Shown here: positions 40,226 to 51,672 of the stretch, piece after piece
Position numbering within the stretch: the first letter of the stretch is position 1
Layout of the letters: the number at the start of each line of letters is the position of its first letter
Source: Malacoraja senta
Taxonomy: Eukaryota
NCBI GenBank assembly: GCA_038087875.1
Contig: CM075990.1
Coordinates: 13,146,001 to 13,210,000 of the forward strand
Reading direction: 5' to 3'
Length of the DNA stretch: 64,000 nucleotides
Notes under the pieces: model-generated
Told to the model about the DNA's origin: nothing
The model's input: only the letters and a program-made list of their open reading frames with translations
The model's database searches: none
Made by a program: the position numbers and the translations under genes

Positions 40226-40649
40226 CTTGTTCTTCTAAAGAAATGTTTCCTTCATAGGAAGCCCATATAGTTTCCTTCATAGGAAGCCCATATAGAAACA
40301 TCTTGCTTCAGATTAATTTTCTTGATTAGTTCTAAAAACAAATTCAAATTTGAGGGACATGATCTCCAAAGTACAAAACCATCGTGACTATCTCTTATCA
40401 GCCTCTGTCTATTCAAATGCATATCTTCTCCCTCAGAATCTTCTCCAGTAACTTAGCTACCATAGATGTAAGCTCACTGGTCTATAATTTCCAGGCTTTT
40501 CCTTGCAACCCTTCTTAAATAGAGGCATGACATTCGCCAGTTTAGTTTAGTTTAGGGATCAAAGGAATAAAAAGCCAATGTTCCCTACTAAGAGCAGTAA
40601 ACCTGGCTAATGTTCCCAAGGCTATCCTAAAACTACCTGCATTGTTGAT

Positions 40650-41205
40650 TGGCAGAGAGGATCATTGGCGTCTCCCTACCCTCGGTACAAGAACTGTTCC
40701 AGAGCCGCTGTCTGAAAAAAGCTCAGAGAATTGCTAAGGACAAACTGCACCCCCTCCACATACACCTGGATCTCCTGCCATCAGGCAAGAGATATCGCAG
40801 CATCAAAGCCCAGACTACAAGACTGCTAAACAGCTTCCTGCCATATGCTGTGAGGCTGCTAAACAGCCACTCTGTACTCACAGTCACCTGATTCTGCAGC
40901 TTGGCACGGACACTTTAATAACTGGCACTGGCCACTTCAATAACTGGCACTGGCCACTCAAATCAGCTGCCCCGGACATGTTTATGATTGGTTTTACTGT
41001 ATTTTAACGTTGTTTTTACCTACTTTTTAACTATTTATACTGTTCCATCAGGGACTGGATTGTTTTTAGTGTTATTATGTGTGAAATGTTTTAAATTTCA
41101 TGTGCGATGCTCCGGTATTCCCTGGGCAACGTCTTTTCATTTCAACTGTACAACTGTTGCTTTCAAGATGACAATAAAGGTTGATTTGATTTGATTTGAT
41201 TTGAT
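40650..41205 (+). mobile_element. Rex1-like LINE 3' end with (TTGAT)n tail
   Basis: AERIIG..LP..LLPSGKRYRSIK..RLLNSF. AATAAA followed by (ttgat)n. Confidence 0.8.
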
Positions 41206-41838
41206 TGCCACAGAAGTGGACCACTTAACATTATTAATTTTTTTCACAGTTCTCTCTGTAAGGAAAATGTTATAAAGCTAAGAAACATTCTAATGTTTCA
41301 GCACAGGAACAGGCCCTTCAGTACACACTGTCCATGCCAAACATGACGTCAAGTTCCTGAACTGAAACGTCGCCTATAAATGTCCACTAAAGATGCTGTA
41401 TGAAGGGTCTCCACCCAAAACATCACCTATTCCTTTTTTCCCCAGAGATGCTGTCTGACCCGCTGAGTTACTCCAGCTTTTTGTGTCTGGCCTGCTGAGT
41501 TAATCCAGCACATTGTCTTTTTTTGTTAAACAGCATCTGCAGTTCGTGTCGCCAGGTTAACCTCATCTCCTCTGCCTGCACGTCATCCATATCCCTCCAT
41601 TCCCTGCAGATCCATGTGCCTTATCCAGAAGGCTCTTAAATGCGCCTATCTGTCTCCACCACCATTCTTGACAGCGCATCCTAGGCATCCACCACACTCT
41701 GTACAAAAGAAAAATTAACCCCGTACATCTCCTTTACGTTTTGCCCCTCTCCCCTTAAAGCCACGCCTTTAGTTTAGGGACAGTAAACTTGACAGTTTAG
41801 ACAACTAATACTCGCTAATCCGGGCAGCCTTCTGGTAA

Positions 41839-41989
41839 TGCGTAAGAAAGAACTGCAAATGCTGTTTAAATCGAAGGTAGACACAAAATGTCGGAGTAAC
41901 TCAGCGGGACAGGCAACATCTCTGGAGAGCAGGATTCCTTCTCTCCAGAGATGCTGCTTGTCCCGCTGAGTTACTCCAGCATTTTGGGT
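41839..41989. mobile_element. Foldback Penelope-derived mini-element, 14-bp TSD, inserted in a CR1 fragment
   Basis: TSD cagccttctggtaa at 41825-41838 and 41990-42003. Interrupts minus-strand CR1 ERVQKRFTRRL|PGL. Confidence 0.85.
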
Positions 41990-42429
41990 CAGCCTTCTGG
42001 TAAACCTCTTCTGCACCCTCTCTAAAGCCTCCATATGCTATTGTAAAGTACGACCATAACTGCACACAATAGCATTAGTTTATGGTAAAAGAAATATATA
42101 CATGAATGGAAATAGTTATATGTTCTATAGACCAAGAACATTCTTGAAAAGGTGATAAAAATAAACTGACTAAATATTCTTTCTGTCTTCACACGTCCAG
42201 GTATCAATGTCTGATCTGGCAAATATCTTTGATTTTGGGCATACAAATGGTACCGTCCCGATGAGTGATTTTCACGGTTTTGAGAAGATGGGAGTGTTAG
42301 ATCAACACTTTGTGTTTGGCATTAGACAAGGGAAATTAAAACAATGTAATTTCACTTTTATTTTGCTGCAGCTAATGTTGCCTTTGGTCCTCAACATCCA
42401 ATTCTGACATTTATGAATAGCACAAGACT

Positions 42430-42800
42430 GTTGTCCCTCCCTTATTTTTGTTCCAAATTAAGTAACATTGACAATAATTTAGCAGCTTAAAGATGAATAA
42501 CATGTTGTTATCAAGTGCTTTGCAGTCAATTTAAAAAGTTGCCATAATTGTTGCAATACTGGAAATACTGAAGCATATGCACACTGCAAGCTCCTCATAC
42601 AACAAGGCCAATATTCTAATAAAATGTTGATTGATGGACAAAACAGGGATAAATGGATGAGGGAGGGATAGTTCGTCTACCCCAAAATAGTGCCATGGGA
42701 TCTATTACCTTGATTAGACAAGACCTAGGTTTTATATCATGCTTGAAAGACAGCACCTCTGCCAGTGCCACACTCCATAGTAACACGCTGGAGTGTCAGC
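42430..42800 (-). mobile_element. Old SINE remnant, possibly Deu-domain (SacSINE1-like)
   Basis: Contains aatagtgccatgggatct...gaaagacagcacctc...cagtgc...ctggagtgtcagc. Similar decayed tracts at about 52180-52400 and 60540-60850. Family recognised from memory only. Confidence 0.45.
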
Positions 42801-43121
42801 TATTATAGTGGAGTTAATTTTCTCTCATATCAGCAAGGAATTTCATTATTTGAGAAATATTCCGACAGCAGAAAATATAAACCACACTCTCATTCTTTTG
42901 ACTTGATAAATTATTTGGGAAATTGAATATGCAATATTTTACAGGTCAAAAATACCAAGCAAATTTTTATTGGTAATACTTTAATAACAAGTTTTAAGAA
43001 AAAAATAACCAAGGCAAAGTTTCTCACTGACTTATCATACGCCTAATGAATGAGAACTGAAATTCAGCATGTATCAACAGTAATACATTGTTCAGAACCT
43101 TAACGTTAAACTTATTTGTGG

Positions 43122-43239
43122 AGCATCTATGGAGCGAAGGAAATAGGCAACGTTTCGGGCCGAAACGTTGCCTATTTCCTTCGCTCCATAGATGCTGCCG
43201 CACCCGCTGAGTTTCTCCAGCAATTTTGTCTACCTTCGA
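43122..43239. mobile_element. Near-perfect palindromic Penelope-derived mini-element
   Basis: agcatctatggagcgaaggaaataggcaacgtttcgg-g-ccgaaacgttgcctatttccttcgctccatagatgct. Confidence 0.85.
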
Positions 43240-43261
43240 TATTTGGCATGTACAAGTTCAT

Positions 43262-43605
43262 GGCGATAAATGATACTCCATCATGAGAGGAATAGATTGG
43301 GTAGACGCCCAGAGTAGGGGAATTGAGAACCAGAAGACATGGGATGGGGGGGAAGATGTAATAGGAACCCGTGGGATAACCTTTTTCACGCAAAGGGCGG
43401 TGGGTGCATGGAACAAGCTGCCAGAGGAGGTAGTTGAGTCGGGTACTATTGCAACGTTTAAGAAACAACTAGGCAGGTACATGGATAGGACAGGTTGAGA
43501 AGGATATGTGCCAAACGCAGGCAGGTAGGTAGATGGGACATATTGGCCGATGTGGGCAAGTTGGGGCAAAGGGCATGTTTCCACGCTGTATGCCTCTATA
43601 CCTAT
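43262..43605 (+). mobile_element. CR1 3' fragment
   Basis: FFTQRAVGAWNKLPEEVVE..FKKQL, followed by a CR1-type 3' UTR. Confidence 0.8.
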
Positions 43606-43955
43606 CTATGTACCTCACGTTTCTATGTAAAGAGGAATGGCTGGAGGTGGATGGGGTAAGATAGTTCTTGTTATGCGCTTTGAAGATAAAGTGTTGCCGA
43701 GCTCCTCGGACCCCGGACACTCTCACAACACATCTAGCAAGAGGCCACAGTGTGTAGGAAGGAACTGCAGATGCTGGTTTACACCGAAGATAGACACAGA
43801 ATGCTGGAGAAACTCAACTCTCAACTCGACCCGAAACGTCACCCATTCCTTCCCTCCAGAGACGCTGCCTGACCCGCTGAGTTACTCCAGCATTTTGTGT
43901 CTGGCTGGTAGGAGGGATGACCCGCGCAAACGTTTAACGCAAACCATTCCCTTAC

Positions 43956-44030
43956 CGACTGTTCATCGTCCCTCGGCGACCATGGCGACTGCTCCCCACT
44001 CGCCCCCGGCCGTCCGCTCCTCACGTCACG
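43956..44030 (-). other. MICU1: Putative MICU1 exon 1 (5' UTR); transcription start position approximate
   Basis: CpG-rich, apparently non-repeat patch upstream of the first coding exon. It ends in the donor CAGTCG|gtaagg at 43956/43955 and points away from MCU. Confidence 0.7.
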
Positions 44031-44100
44031 CTACGGCAGGAAACGCCGACGCACCCTGCGTCATCACGTAAACGTCAAATACGCCCCGCCCATACGTGGC
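44021..44100 (-). promoter_or_regulatory. Putative MICU1 core promoter: CRE/ATF-like sites, ETS-like site and GC box
   Basis: TCACGTCA at 44021-44028, CAGGAA at 44037, TGCGTCA at 44057-44063, AACGTCA at 44071-44077, GCCCCGCCC at 44083-44091 and TACGTG at 44093, all within a CpG-dense 80 bp. Confidence 0.6.
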
Positions 44101-44103
44101 TCC

Positions 44104-44608
44104 AGAGAGACAGACAGAGAGAGACAGAGAGAGACAGACAGAGAGAGAGAGAGAGACAGACACAGAGAGAGAGAGAGAGAGACAGAGAGAGATACAGACA
44201 CAGAGAGAGAGAGAGAGAGACAGAGAGAGATACAGACAGACAGAGAGAGAGAGAGACAGACAGAGATAGACAGACACAGAGAGAGACAGAGACAGAGAGA
44301 CAGACAGAGAGAGAGACAGACACAGAGAGAGAGAGAGAGAGAGACAGAGAGAGATACAGACAGACAGAGAGAGGGAGAGAGAGACAGAGAGAGATACAGA
44401 CAGACAGAGAGAGAGAGAGAGAGAGACAGAGATAGACAGAGACAGAGAGACAGACAGAGAGATACAGAGACAGACAGAGAGAGAGAGAGAGAGACAGACA
44501 GAGAGAGACCAACAGAGAGAGACCGAGAGAGAGACAGAGAGATACAGACAGACAGAGAGAGAGAGAGAGAGAGAGACAGAGGGAGAGAGAGGGAAAGAGA
44601 GACAGACA

Positions 44609-44652
<44 letters not shown>

Positions 44653-44899
44653 GAGACAGAGAGGCAGACAGAGAGAGACCGACAGACAGAGAGAGAGACA
44701 GACAGAGAGATACAGAGACAGACAGAGAGAGAGAGAGAGAGAGAGACACAGAGGGAGAGAGAGTGAAAGAGAGACAGACAGAGAGAAACAGAGGGAGACA
44801 GACAGAGAGAGAGACAGAGAGACAGACAGACAGAGAGAGAGAGCGAGACAGACAGAGAGAGAGAGAGAGAGAGACAGAGACAGAGAGAGCGAGACAGAC

Positions 44900-44954
<55 letters not shown>

Positions 44955-44972
44955 GAGTGAGAGAGAGAGAGA
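44104..44972. repeat. Compound (GA)n/(GACA)n microsatellite, about 870 bp
   Basis: Directly visible in the sequence. Confidence 0.98.
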
Positions 44973-45234
44973 GGTGGCCACAGGTGTGGCTCTCATGTCC
45001 CACCCAGCCTTGAAATGTAAGCATCATTCACTACATTTTTCATCATTCAAGCACTATTTCAAATTTTACATTTTTTCTGTGTGAACTAGTTTTTACTAAT
45101 GGTGACCTTTGTGAGAGTTTATCTCATAGAATGGTAGAGATTTTGTAAGTTCATCAGTTCTAGGAGCAGAATTAGTCCATTCGGCCCTTCTCCTGATAAT
45201 CCCTGACGCCCGTACTAATCAAGTATCTATCTAT

Positions 45235-46578
45235 GTGTTAAAGAAGGAACTGCAAATGCTGGAAAATCGAAGGTACACAAAAATGCTGGAGAAACTCAGC
45301 GGGTGCAGCAGCATCTATGGAGCGAAGGAAATAGGTAACGTTTCGGGCCGAAACCCTTCTTCAGACTGATAGGGGGTGGGGAGAAGAAAGGAAAAAAGGA
45401 AAAGGAGGAGGAGGAGCCCGAGGGCTGGGGGAGGGGAGGAGACAACCAGATGGCTGATGAAGGGGAGGGGACAGCCAGGGCTAGCAGAATTGGGAGAATT
45501 CAACGTTCAGGCCACCAGGATGTAGACTGCCCAAGCGGAATATGAGGTGCATTTCCTCCAATTTACGGTGTTGCTCGCTGTGGCCATGGAGGAGACCCAG
45601 GACAGAGAGGTCAGATACGGAATGGGAGGGGGAGTTGAAGTGCTGAGCCACCGGGAGTTCAGGTTGGTTATTGTGGACCGACCGGAGGTGTTCGGCGAAA
45701 CGATCGCCAAGCCTCCGCTTGGTCTCACCGATGTAGATCAGCTGGCATCTAGAGCAGCGAATGCAATAGATGAGGTTGGAGGAGATGCAGGTGAACCTCT
45801 GTCGCACCTGGAACGACTGCTTGGGTCCTGGAATGGAGTGGAGGGGGGAAGTGAAGGGACAAGTGTTGCATCTCTTGCGGTTGCAAGGGAAAGTACCAGG
45901 GGAGGGGGTGGTATGGGAGGGAAGGGAAGAATTGACAAGGGAGTTACGGAGGGAGCGGTCTTTGCGGAAGGCAGACATAGGGGGAGATGGGAAGATGTGG
46001 CGAGTGGTGGGGTCACGTTGGAGGTGGCGAAACTGACGGAGGATCACTTGTTGTATGTGACGGCTGGTGGGGTGAAAGGTGAGGACTAGGGGGACTCTGC
46101 CTTTGTTGTGAGTGGGGGGATGGGGAGAGAGAGCAGTGTTGCGGGGTATGGCAGAGACCCTGGTGCGAGCCTCATCTATGGTGGAGGAGGGGAACCCCCG
46201 TTCCCTGAAGAATGAGGACATTTCAGATGCCCTGGTGTGGAACGCCTCATCCTGGGAGCAGATGCGGCGTAGACGGAGGAATTGGGAGTGGGGGATGGAG
46301 TCCTTACAGGAAGCAGGGTGGGAAGAAGTGTAGTCCAGATAGCCATGGGAGTCGGTAGGTTTGTAGTGGATGTCGGTAAGGAGTCTATCACCTGCGATGG
46401 AGATAGTGAGGTCAAGGAATGGTAGGGAAGTGTCGGAAATGGTCCAGGTGTATTTGAGTGCTGGATGGAAGTTGGTGGTGAAGCGGATGAAGTCAGTCAG
46501 TTGTGTGTGGGTGCAGGATGTGGCACCAAAACAATCATCGATGTAGCGGAGGTAGAGGTCGGGGATGGGGCCCTGGTA
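45235..46578 (-). mobile_element. Penelope-like retroelement, 5'-truncated: RT C-terminus, Zn-finger linker, GIY-YIG endonuclease and 3' end with hammerhead-like motif
   Basis: Reading frame open from 46577 to 45481: LRYIDDCF, PFLD, YKPT, CNRKRCNTC, NLIYCIRC..IYIGET..R..EH, GLN. Inserted in a CR1 remnant (about 45150-45234 and 46580-46860). Confidence 0.93.
45337..45364 (-). ncRNA. Minimal hammerhead-ribozyme-like motif in the Penelope 3' end (representative copy)
   Basis: CTGAAGA-A-GGGT(TTCG)GCCC-GAAACGTT. Helix I is only about 2 bp and helix III is reduced to the ACGT palindrome. Confidence 0.6.
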
Positions 46579-47273
46579 CTATCTATATCTGCCTCAAAAA
46601 TATCCATTGACGGTCTCCACCGACTCTGGCAATGAATTCCACAGATTCTCCACCCTTTGACGAAAGAAATTCCTCCTCATCTCCTTCCTAAAGGAACATC
46701 CTTTTGTTCTGAGGCTATGACCTCTGGTCCTCTACTCTCCCACTAGTGGAAACATCCTCTCCACATGCACACTATCATGGCCGTTCACTATTTGATAAGT
46801 TTCAATGAGGTCCCCCCTCAACCTTCTAAACTCCAGCGAGTAGAGGCCTAGTGCTGTCAAATGCTCAGATTTATGAGACAAAGGAGGCTAATACACTATA
46901 ATTCACTTTTCTCCAGAGATGCTGTCAAACCCGCTCAGTTACTCCAGCATTTTGTGTCTTTATTCACTATAGATCCTCCCTCATCCCATTTAAAACCATT
47001 CTACGATCTTTGTTTAAACCTCTACTCCACACAATGGCCCTTCACATCAAACACAAGTAGTCATCAAAGAACTAGATTCAAAGAATTGGAGACCCTCGGA
47101 CTATCTTTGAATAGACTTTACTGGCTTTATCTTGTACTCTAAATTTATTCATGTTATTCTCTTTAACATGTACAGTATCTGTACACTGTGGATAGCTCAA
47201 TCTTGGTTCTTGGTTTCTTGGTCCTCCAAAATATTCCAAATGGAATTTAAACTGGAGGTGGTGGAGGGAGGAC

Positions 47274-48600
47274 TTAAGCCAAAAAGGGTTTTTGGGAAGA
47301 AAGAGCTACCTTAAATTTAGTTGCATCTGGTTGGGTAACTATGGTAGGGTGAAGATTATTCCATGCTTTAATTGTGCGGGGGAAGAATGAATTGCTGTAC
47401 ACATCTGTCTTGGTAGCTGGAATCTCAAATTGGATCGAATGTCCTCGTCTGCTCCTAATTGGTTTGGGTTTGGTGTAGGTCTTGTAATCTATGTTGAGCT
47501 GACCATTTAACATTTTGTAAAAACAGGTCAAACGGTGAGCTTCACGTCTGTCTTGGAGAGGGTTCCACCCCAGAGAATTCAGAAGTTTGGTAACACTCGC
47601 TTCTCTCTCATAGGTGTTAGTAACAAATCGAGCTGCCTGTCTTTGGACACATTCGATGGAAGAAATGTTTTTATTTGTGTATGGGTCCCATGCTGCAACT
47701 GCGTAGTCCAAATGAGGTCGAACGAGGGTGAAGTATAGCTTCTCCTTGACAGAAGTTGAACAATGATGAAAGTTGCGCCTCAGAAAATTTAGGACACCTG
47801 TTGCTTTCACCGTTGCATGATGAGTCTGACCATTCCAACGCAGATCATTCTGCAATTTGATGCCAAGATACTTGGTTTGTTTGGATTCTTCAAGGATGGT
47901 ACCAAGTATATTGTACGATGTTTTGCCTGGATTCCTCTTTCTGGTGACACGCATGGTTTCACATTTGGAAGGGTTGAACTGCATGCCCCATTGGTGTGAC
48001 CACTCAACCATTGTATCGAGGTCCTTTTGGAGAGCATCTTCATCATCAGCTGACTTAATTGGACGGTACAGCAAACAATCATCAGCGAATAGTCTGGTCG
48101 TGCTTGTGACTTTTTCATGGATGTCGTTTATGTAAAGCAAAAACAGATGTGGGCCAAGTACTGTGCCCTGAGGTGTACCACTCAACACTGGATGCCAATT
48201 GGAGCTCTTTCCGTTCACACACACACGCTGAAGACGTTTTGTCAGGAAACTGGAAATCTATCGTTTCGTGTTGGAACGAATACCATAGAAGTCAAGCTTC
48301 CGAAGCAGTCTCTGGTGTGGGATGACATCAAATGCTTTAGAAAAGTCCAGCACTACTAAATCCGCGATGACATTACCATCAAGATGTTTGGCCAGGTCAT
48401 TTGTCGTCAGGATAAGCTGAGACTCACATGATCTATGCCTCCTAAATGCATGTTGGTTGTCAGCAAGAATATTATGTTTGCTCACGTGTCGCATCAGATT
48501 ACTATCAATTACATGCTCCAGTAATTTGCAGCAAGTACTTGTTAATGAAACAGGAAGAAAATTCGCTGGGTTGGTGATTGAACCTTTCTTAAAGAGAGGA
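47274..48600 (-). mobile_element. CR1/L2-group LINE RT fragment, near intact
   Basis: ORFs 48258-48494 and 47274-48224 are in one frame, separated by a TAG at 48258-48260 where Trp is expected. Motifs QHAFR, LDFSKAFD, PQGTVLGP, FADD, WDPY, NSFFPRT. Confidence 0.9.
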
Positions 48601-49049
48601 TCATGTATTGTCTTTCTGCTGAATGGTTAGCACACAACAAAACTTTTTCACTGTACCTTGGTACACATGGCAATTAAACTAAGCTCAAACTCGATTGTAG
48701 TGGTTAAGTGGTTTCTGCCGACATCACCACCACTATTCTTGGAGAAGGGCCTAGGTTCTCAGCACTCTTCCAATCCTGCCACTAACTTTAAATTCAAACC
48801 ATATTTTAAAAGTTATTTCAAGAAATAGTCAATGGGTCGAATAAAATTATTTCATGTCCTTTGAGGAGTTGATAGTAAATCCTCAGGAAGATAGGCACAA
48901 AATGCTGGAGTGACTCAGCGGGTCAGGCAGCATCTCTGGAGAAAAGTAGGTGATGTTTCGGGTGGGAACCCTTCGTCAGACTCTAGACTGGTCATATGTG
49001 CTTCTTCGACAAACCCTTGGTATTTAGGATCAGCTCTCAAATGAGGCCA

Positions 49050-49520
49050 ATGTCAGAATTGTAGATTCTTCTGCATTAAACGGCAATTAGTTGGATGGGA
49101 GAAATGTGCACACATTCTGGACTTATTCCAGGCTTCTCTGACTTTACACGTATGGATTCAGGGTTTCCAACATCATCTCAAATGCTCCATCTCCACTTTT
49201 GGTGGTTTTAGACCAGTTATCCTCAGGAGTCAGTGGGAATGTTGCATTTCTTTGAGGCCGTCCTTGAATCTTTACATACCTCCAATGACACAGCTTGGAA
49301 CAGAGTGTCCTTTTTGAGACTCTATTGTCGAGAATGCGACAAACTAGGCCTGCCCAATTGGCCAAAGCTTGTGTTTAGCTCTGTAAAGAAGCTGTTGACC
49401 TGGGTGAGGATGCTGATGTCGGTTTTCTTGTTCTTGCAGTGAATTTGGAGCAGTTTGTGGAAGCAGCGCCTGTGGTATTTTTCCAATGTCATGAGATGCC
49501 TACTCTAAATAATCCAGGAT
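49050..49520 (-). mobile_element. Decayed RTE-clade LINE fragment
   Basis: Residual peptides LEKYHRRCFHKLLQI and WAGLVCRILDNRVSKRTL resemble the RTE ORF C-terminus. Confidence 0.6.
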
Positions 49521-49604
49521 TCAAGCATACCAAAGGTCAGAGACAGCTCTTTCCAGTGGACTGTAAGCTTTGTATCATTCTGAGTTCGTCATCTTTCTTA
49601 GTTT

Positions 49605-49872
49605 TTTAGTTTAGAGATAGAGTGCGGAAAGAGGCCCTTTCGATCACTGAGTCCAGCGATCACCGCACTATCCTACACACACTAGGGACAATTTACAGTT
49701 AGACCAAGCTAATGAACCTACAAACCTGTGCCTTTGGAGTGTGGCAGCAAACCGAAGGTCTCGGAAGAACGTACAAACTCCATACAGGCAACACCCTTAC
49801 TCAGGATCGAACCCGGGTCTCCTGCGCTGTAAGCACTGGAAGGCAGCAACTCTACCTCTGTGCCACCGTGCT
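49605..49872 (-). mobile_element. V-SINE (HE1-like)
   Basis: Reverse complement similar to the 9035 copy. Confidence 0.75.
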
Positions 49873-51188
49873 GTCTCATTTGCTCCATTCACCAAAATCT
49901 GTGTAGATGCATTGAAGGTGGTGGACAAAATTCATTGTCAGTATCCACCCTGACCCAAACATGATAGTGGTCCACGTTTCCAGGATCTTGCCTTGAACAA
50001 CACTTTGCAATTACAGTGAGAGGAAGCTTAGAGAAACTTATGTTTTTCATTGCATTGATGAAAGGTGGCAAACACAACTATTTGCTGTAGAGGTGGATAG
50101 AATTCCAAGGATAAAATACAAAATTTACACTACTGGCATAACGAAGATAAAAATCCTAAAATATAGGAAACAGATATTCTGATGGGGGAGGACAGGAAGT
50201 TCAGAATGGGAGTGGGATATTGAATGAAATTGGCAAACAAACCACTCCAGTGGACTTTGCACAGTTGTTCTGTAAAGCGATCACACAATTTGCATTTAGT
50301 TTCTCAAATATAAATAGTGCAAATTATGAACACTGAACATAGTACATTATATTGAAAGACGTGCAAATGAATTGGTGTCTTACCTGGAAATTTGGTGATG
50401 TAGGGAAGGGAAGAATTGAAAGTGTTAAAGAAGGAACTGCAGATGCTGGAAAATCGAAGGTACACAAAAATGCTGGAGAAACTCAGCGGGTGCAGCAGCA
50501 TCTATGGAGCGAAGGAAATAGGTAACGTTTCACCACTTCACCACCAATTGAAAGGATGGGTGCAGCACCTCCTGTGGTTGAATGGGGAAGTGCCGTAAGT
50601 CGGGGAGTGATTAGTCAGGATGGAAGAGCAGGCACAGGAGTCGCAAAGGGAGTGAACCCTTTGTTATGCTGAGAGGGGAGTGGAGAGCAATGAGCGCCTG
50701 ATTGTGGGAGGAATGATCCATTGAATGCAGAGGCAGGTTGAGAGGAGCGTGAAGACCAGTTAAACTCTGTGTTTGTTCTGGCCTGGCAGAGAAGGAGTGA
50801 GATCAGGCATTGGAAAAATGGATAAGATTCTCTCTTGTCGCTTCACCTTCTGCTCTCTGCAAATTAAACACACTTGTCTTCTCAGTCTTCCAGTATTAAT
50901 GGACCCCTGATCTGAAAAGTTGACATTTCAGTCCTCATTGATATTGCTGGACATGTTGAGCACTTAGAACATTCACCACATGAGTAACAAATTGTTCTAT
51001 TTTATGGGTTCTTTTTAAGTGAGTTGTCCATGGCACCAGTTAGGTTCCTTGAAAAGTAATTCTTGTTTTCTTCCTCTCAAATGTACAGACACTGATTCAG
51101 ATTTATAGTGTCCTGTAGAATTTGTTCAGTACTGCAAGGGCAGTCAGCCTGCCATCAAGAGCTGACTCACAAATACCATTGGCTCTGA

Positions 51189-51322
51189 ATTGTGTCTGAA
51201 GAAGGGTCTCGACCCGAAACGTCGCCTATTTCCTTCGCTCCATAGATGCTGCCTCACCCGCTGAATTTCTCCACTATTTTTGTTTACCTTCGATTTTCCA
51301 GCATCCGCAGTTTCTTCTTAAA
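51189..51322 (+). mobile_element. Penelope 3'-end mini-element with intact hammerhead-like core and 12-bp TSD
   Basis: CTGAAGAAGGGTCTCGACCCGAAACGTC at 51196-51223. TSD cattggctctga at 51177-51188 and 51323-51334. Confidence 0.85.
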
Positions 51323-51379
51323 CATTGGCTCTGACTCAATCGTAACAAACCCGAATGTCACGGGTTCATTCCAGCCACA

Positions 51380-51672
51380 GGGCGGCACGGTGGTGCAGCG
51401 GTAGAGTTGCTGCCTTACAGCTCTTGCAGCGCCAGAGACCAGGGTGCCGTCTGTACGGAGTTTGTACGTTCTCCCTGTGACCTACATGTGTTTTCTTCTT
51501 TGATTTCCTCACATTACTCCAAAGACTTTCATGTCTGTAGGTTAATTGGGTTGGTATGAATGTAAATTGTCCCTGGTGTGTGTAGGATAGTGTTAATGTG
51601 CAGGGATCGCTGGTCGGCACGGACTCGGTAGGCCAAAGGCTTGTTTCCACGCTAAACTAAACTACACTAAAC
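51380..51672 (+). mobile_element. V-SINE (HE1-like), B box deleted
   Basis: gcacggtggtgcagcggtagag head, V core and ctaaactaaa tail. Confidence 0.78.

Noticed and set aside
44026..45027. Long Ser/Leu/Cys-rich ORFs (333, 310 and 224 aa)
   Set aside because: Translations of the GA/GACA microsatellite, with no coding signal.
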